Origin: Yuukianura sp. NJ FZ-2021
Taxonomy: Eukaryota
Assembly: GCA_046563655.1 (NCBI GenBank)
Contig: CM102287.1
Span: 5,828,001-5,892,000 of the forward strand
Direction of reading: 5' to 3'
Length of the DNA: 64,000 nucleotides
Part shown: positions 61,071 to 64,000 of the stretch, piece after piece
How positions within the stretch are numbered: position 1 is the stretch's first letter
Layout: every line of letters begins with the position of its first letter
Made by a program: the position numbers and the translations under genes
The notes under the pieces: model-generated
Database searches by the model: none
What the model was told of the DNA's origin: nothing
The model's input: the letters and a program-made list of their open reading frames with translations, nothing else

Positions 61071-64000
61071 GGCGTGGGGACATGGACAAATTAGATGGTC
61101 ATTTAGATTGGTAATAGTCGTGCTAATCAAAAAATGAAAGCCAGGACCAATTTCAATTCAATTTTCAATTATTGTTGTGAAATTATTAATGCAATTTGAA
61201 CACACGCAACAAGGATTTGAATTTGACCCAAAAATGATTTATGATTTCCAATTTACATTTTACGATTTACGTAAGTTTTCAAAGAGTTTACACCGATAAT
61301 GATCAAATTACGCATACGCATCACGCTTCTCATGTGTAATACGACCCTAACAACTTGACCGTTGTTCCGCAATTTTCAGAAAATTGGTGTAACGCAAATT
61401 ATGAAACAAATTTGCAAATTCCCAAATTTTGAATTTTCTTTCATACAACTGCTGTCCACACCTTGTTTAATTCTATAAATTTTGCATTTTCATGAACAAC
61501 TTGTTTGTGAGCACCCAGCTCGTGCTCCCGTAATGTCCACTACTTCCACACCCAAAATTTTGGCCAATAATTTAAAGAAAAACAGTATTCCCTTTACATT
61601 AGTTGGTCACGCACCCTAACTTTTTTTTTCAAATTCTTTTTTTCCACAATGACCTATTTGCTAATGTAAATGCAAATTGTGGGAATTCCTCAATTCTTTG
61701 TAAAATACCAAAAAATTGGGGAAACGAATGAATTTTGTGAATGAATGGAGAGATGAAGGGCGGGTCTTTTGAGGAAGCAAACGAGGTCAATAATGGAGCC
61801 TTACAGGCAGGCGGGATGTTTAAAATTCAAAAGCCCTCGTTGTTTTTGAAGAGCTTATGACTGTCGGTTTTTTAAAACTTTGCTTTTAGAATTTTGATGC
61901 TGAATTAAGATTTTGATCAATTGGAAACAAGGGAAAGTGTCATTTTTGTTTCAACTGTGTCAACCGTGACACGACTTCGCATTAATCCAGTTAACTAAAA
62001 AAGGCGACACTGCGTCAGTTAATTACAGGGGATGTGCCTCAAAGGTCGAATGCTAATAACATAAAAAAATTCAACGCATAGAATATTAAACATCCTGCAT
62101 AGTATCTTCATCAACCTCAAAAAGTAAAAGGCGAAAGATGAAAATCATTAAAGATGCAATCAAAATTTTACAATAGTAGGTTATGCCTGGTTGCAAAAAG
62201 TTCAGATCTAGTAGGTTGGAAAGTTTATTTTTATTTGCGTGCAAAAGCCTCATCTTCCGACGGACAGAATCTCCATATATTAATGAAAAGCGAAAAAAAA
62301 TGCAAAAAAAATATTTAAATGTCAAAATCCACAAAATCTTTGCGTTACTTGTGTATCCTCCCGGAACAAACTTAGTTAAAAGTGACCAAGTTGGCAAATA
62401 TTCACAGCATCTTTGAACCACTTTTTTTTAAAGTTACACTTTCTCCTGGATTTCACATTTTTGAACTTCGGCCGTAGTCATATTTCAAGTTTATTTTGAA
62501 AAGGGCGTCATGTTTCAAGCTTATTTTTCGAAATTTGGGCGTCATGTTTCAAGTTTATTCTTTGAAAAGATTGCACTTTCCAAAAACGACAAGCACCTTG
62601 CAAATATGCAAATAATAAAATTCGCGTTAGTACTCAAACACACTACCCTCCAATTCTATTCATGTTCACATGCTTGTGTACATCCTATTGTTTACTTTCT
62701 AACAAAAGTGGGACATGTAACGTCCTTTTGTATAACTTTCAATTTAGAAGCCTCTAGCTTTAACTGCTGATTGATTTTAATTATCAATTGGGTGGAGTCG
62801 GTAGGAACAGAAGCGTAACACATGCATTTTTAATGGTGACGTTGATCGCAAAAGGTGATTTGTTTTCGTCAAAAGTCAGCGTGACATTTTGATTGGTGGA
62901 GCGCTTTAATCTTTTCAATTGAAAACTCACATGTATAGAATGATTTTGTACTTTTTAATTTTGTGCCAAAAGTGATTATAATCCCCACGGGGTAATTCTT
63001 AAGGTTAATGATAAGAATCTGTTGGACATGGACTTAAAGACGAGAGACACTAGATTCATCATCATCCTTGATCTTGACTTGGCGGAAGGCATAATTGAGG
63101 CGTCGTTTCCAATCATAATCTTTGCCCATCCTAGTCCCTAATTCTAATCAACACTTCCATTCAGAGCCAAACTTAGGGAGTAATTACTAGTGAAACCTGT
63201 AGGGTGTGAATGCATCCCCTGCAATGTCAGGAACAAAGTCAGCAATCAGGGGACTTTAGAGACTTTGAATTGAGGAGAAAGGCGTCGGACGGGGAAACAA
63301 GATGAGATGTTGAGATCTGAAATATTTGGACTTCATTTCATTTCTTGTCATCTTTATCTGTTCGCGCCCCCATTCATTTCAAGGTGACAAAGAGCGACGA
63401 CGAGCAGGGAGTGAATGTATCTCCATATGTGTATCTCCATCACACTCTTTCCACTTTTAATTAATTCACACCTTCACTTCAAGTGTGTAAACGGGCATAA
63501 ACATTTAAGACTTTTAAACAGTATTTGGTTCAAAGCACCTCGGAACACCAAAGAATTTTTAAAACCAAATACTATAAAGAATTTTTGAACCGAAAAAAGC
63601 CGAAAATGAAAAAGTAAAAACCAAAATTCCCTTGACAACTCTATGCAGAACACTGCTTAAAGCTTTAATGCTTATTATTTAACAAGAACATCATGAAGTG
63701 AATCCTGGAAAGAAGGAGGAAGTCTGCGCTGCTGCGGTTTGCGACTTGTTTAGAAGAAAGTAAAGGCAGAAGGGATGACTGGAACTGGAAGGAGTTGAGC
63801 ATGAGCTGCTAGCATTCTGGATTGGCAGTGGAACAAACATCTGTTCACAAATCTCCAGCACTTCGTCATCGTCACCATTAACATAAACAATGATGTGGTT
63901 ATAAGACAACTGATCAATTCTACTGGACTTATTCTGCGAATCACGAAAAAAGAAAACCATGGACAGCTCACGTCTCAATAAGTTTCAACGTCAGTACTGG

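Larger units (their letters stand above)
60236..62020 (+). repeat. Local direct repeats: about 160 bp at 60236-60394 and 61862-62020; about 45 bp at 60147-60196 and 61114-61156
   Basis: Shared strings GATGCTGAATTAAGATTTTGAT, TCAACTGTGTCAACCGTGACACGACTTCG and ATAGTCGTGCTAATCAAAAAATGAAAG. Confidence 0.8.

Noticed and set aside
63691..63978. Possible terminal exon of a gene beyond the right edge
   Set aside because: No recognisable motif or firm splice context within the window.

Overview
Gene-dense, intron-containing eukaryotic DNA with short GT-AG introns. The gene content points to a pancrustacean/hexapod; a springtail-like animal is a guess. Host genes from left to right: PSMG1, a CDYL-like crotonase gene, three tandem small secreted-protein genes, a four-member TipE/Teh sodium-channel auxiliary subunit cluster (three members nested in the last intron of CFAP298), prefoldin 3, maelstrom, LRRC23, a very large chitin-binding mucin-like gene whose intron holds a bacterial-type cyanase, and a small HMG-box gene missed by the ORF track. 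The standout feature is an apparently intact 3,019-bp Merlin (IS1595/IS1016-like) DNA transposon at 11200-14218 with a 9-bp TSD and a mirror-symmetric two-gene design. Its long TIRs contain G-rich 12-bp tandem arrays and an identical TATA-containing block. These face inward onto a DDE transposase (+) and a RING-H2 plus 2xC2H2 zinc-finger gene (-), each followed by an A-rich tail, with a central GAA-loop hairpin between them. A second TIR element (31730-33706) carries a different RING-H2 gene. Several MITEs are also present. All family assignments come from motif recognition by eye, not from database searches.
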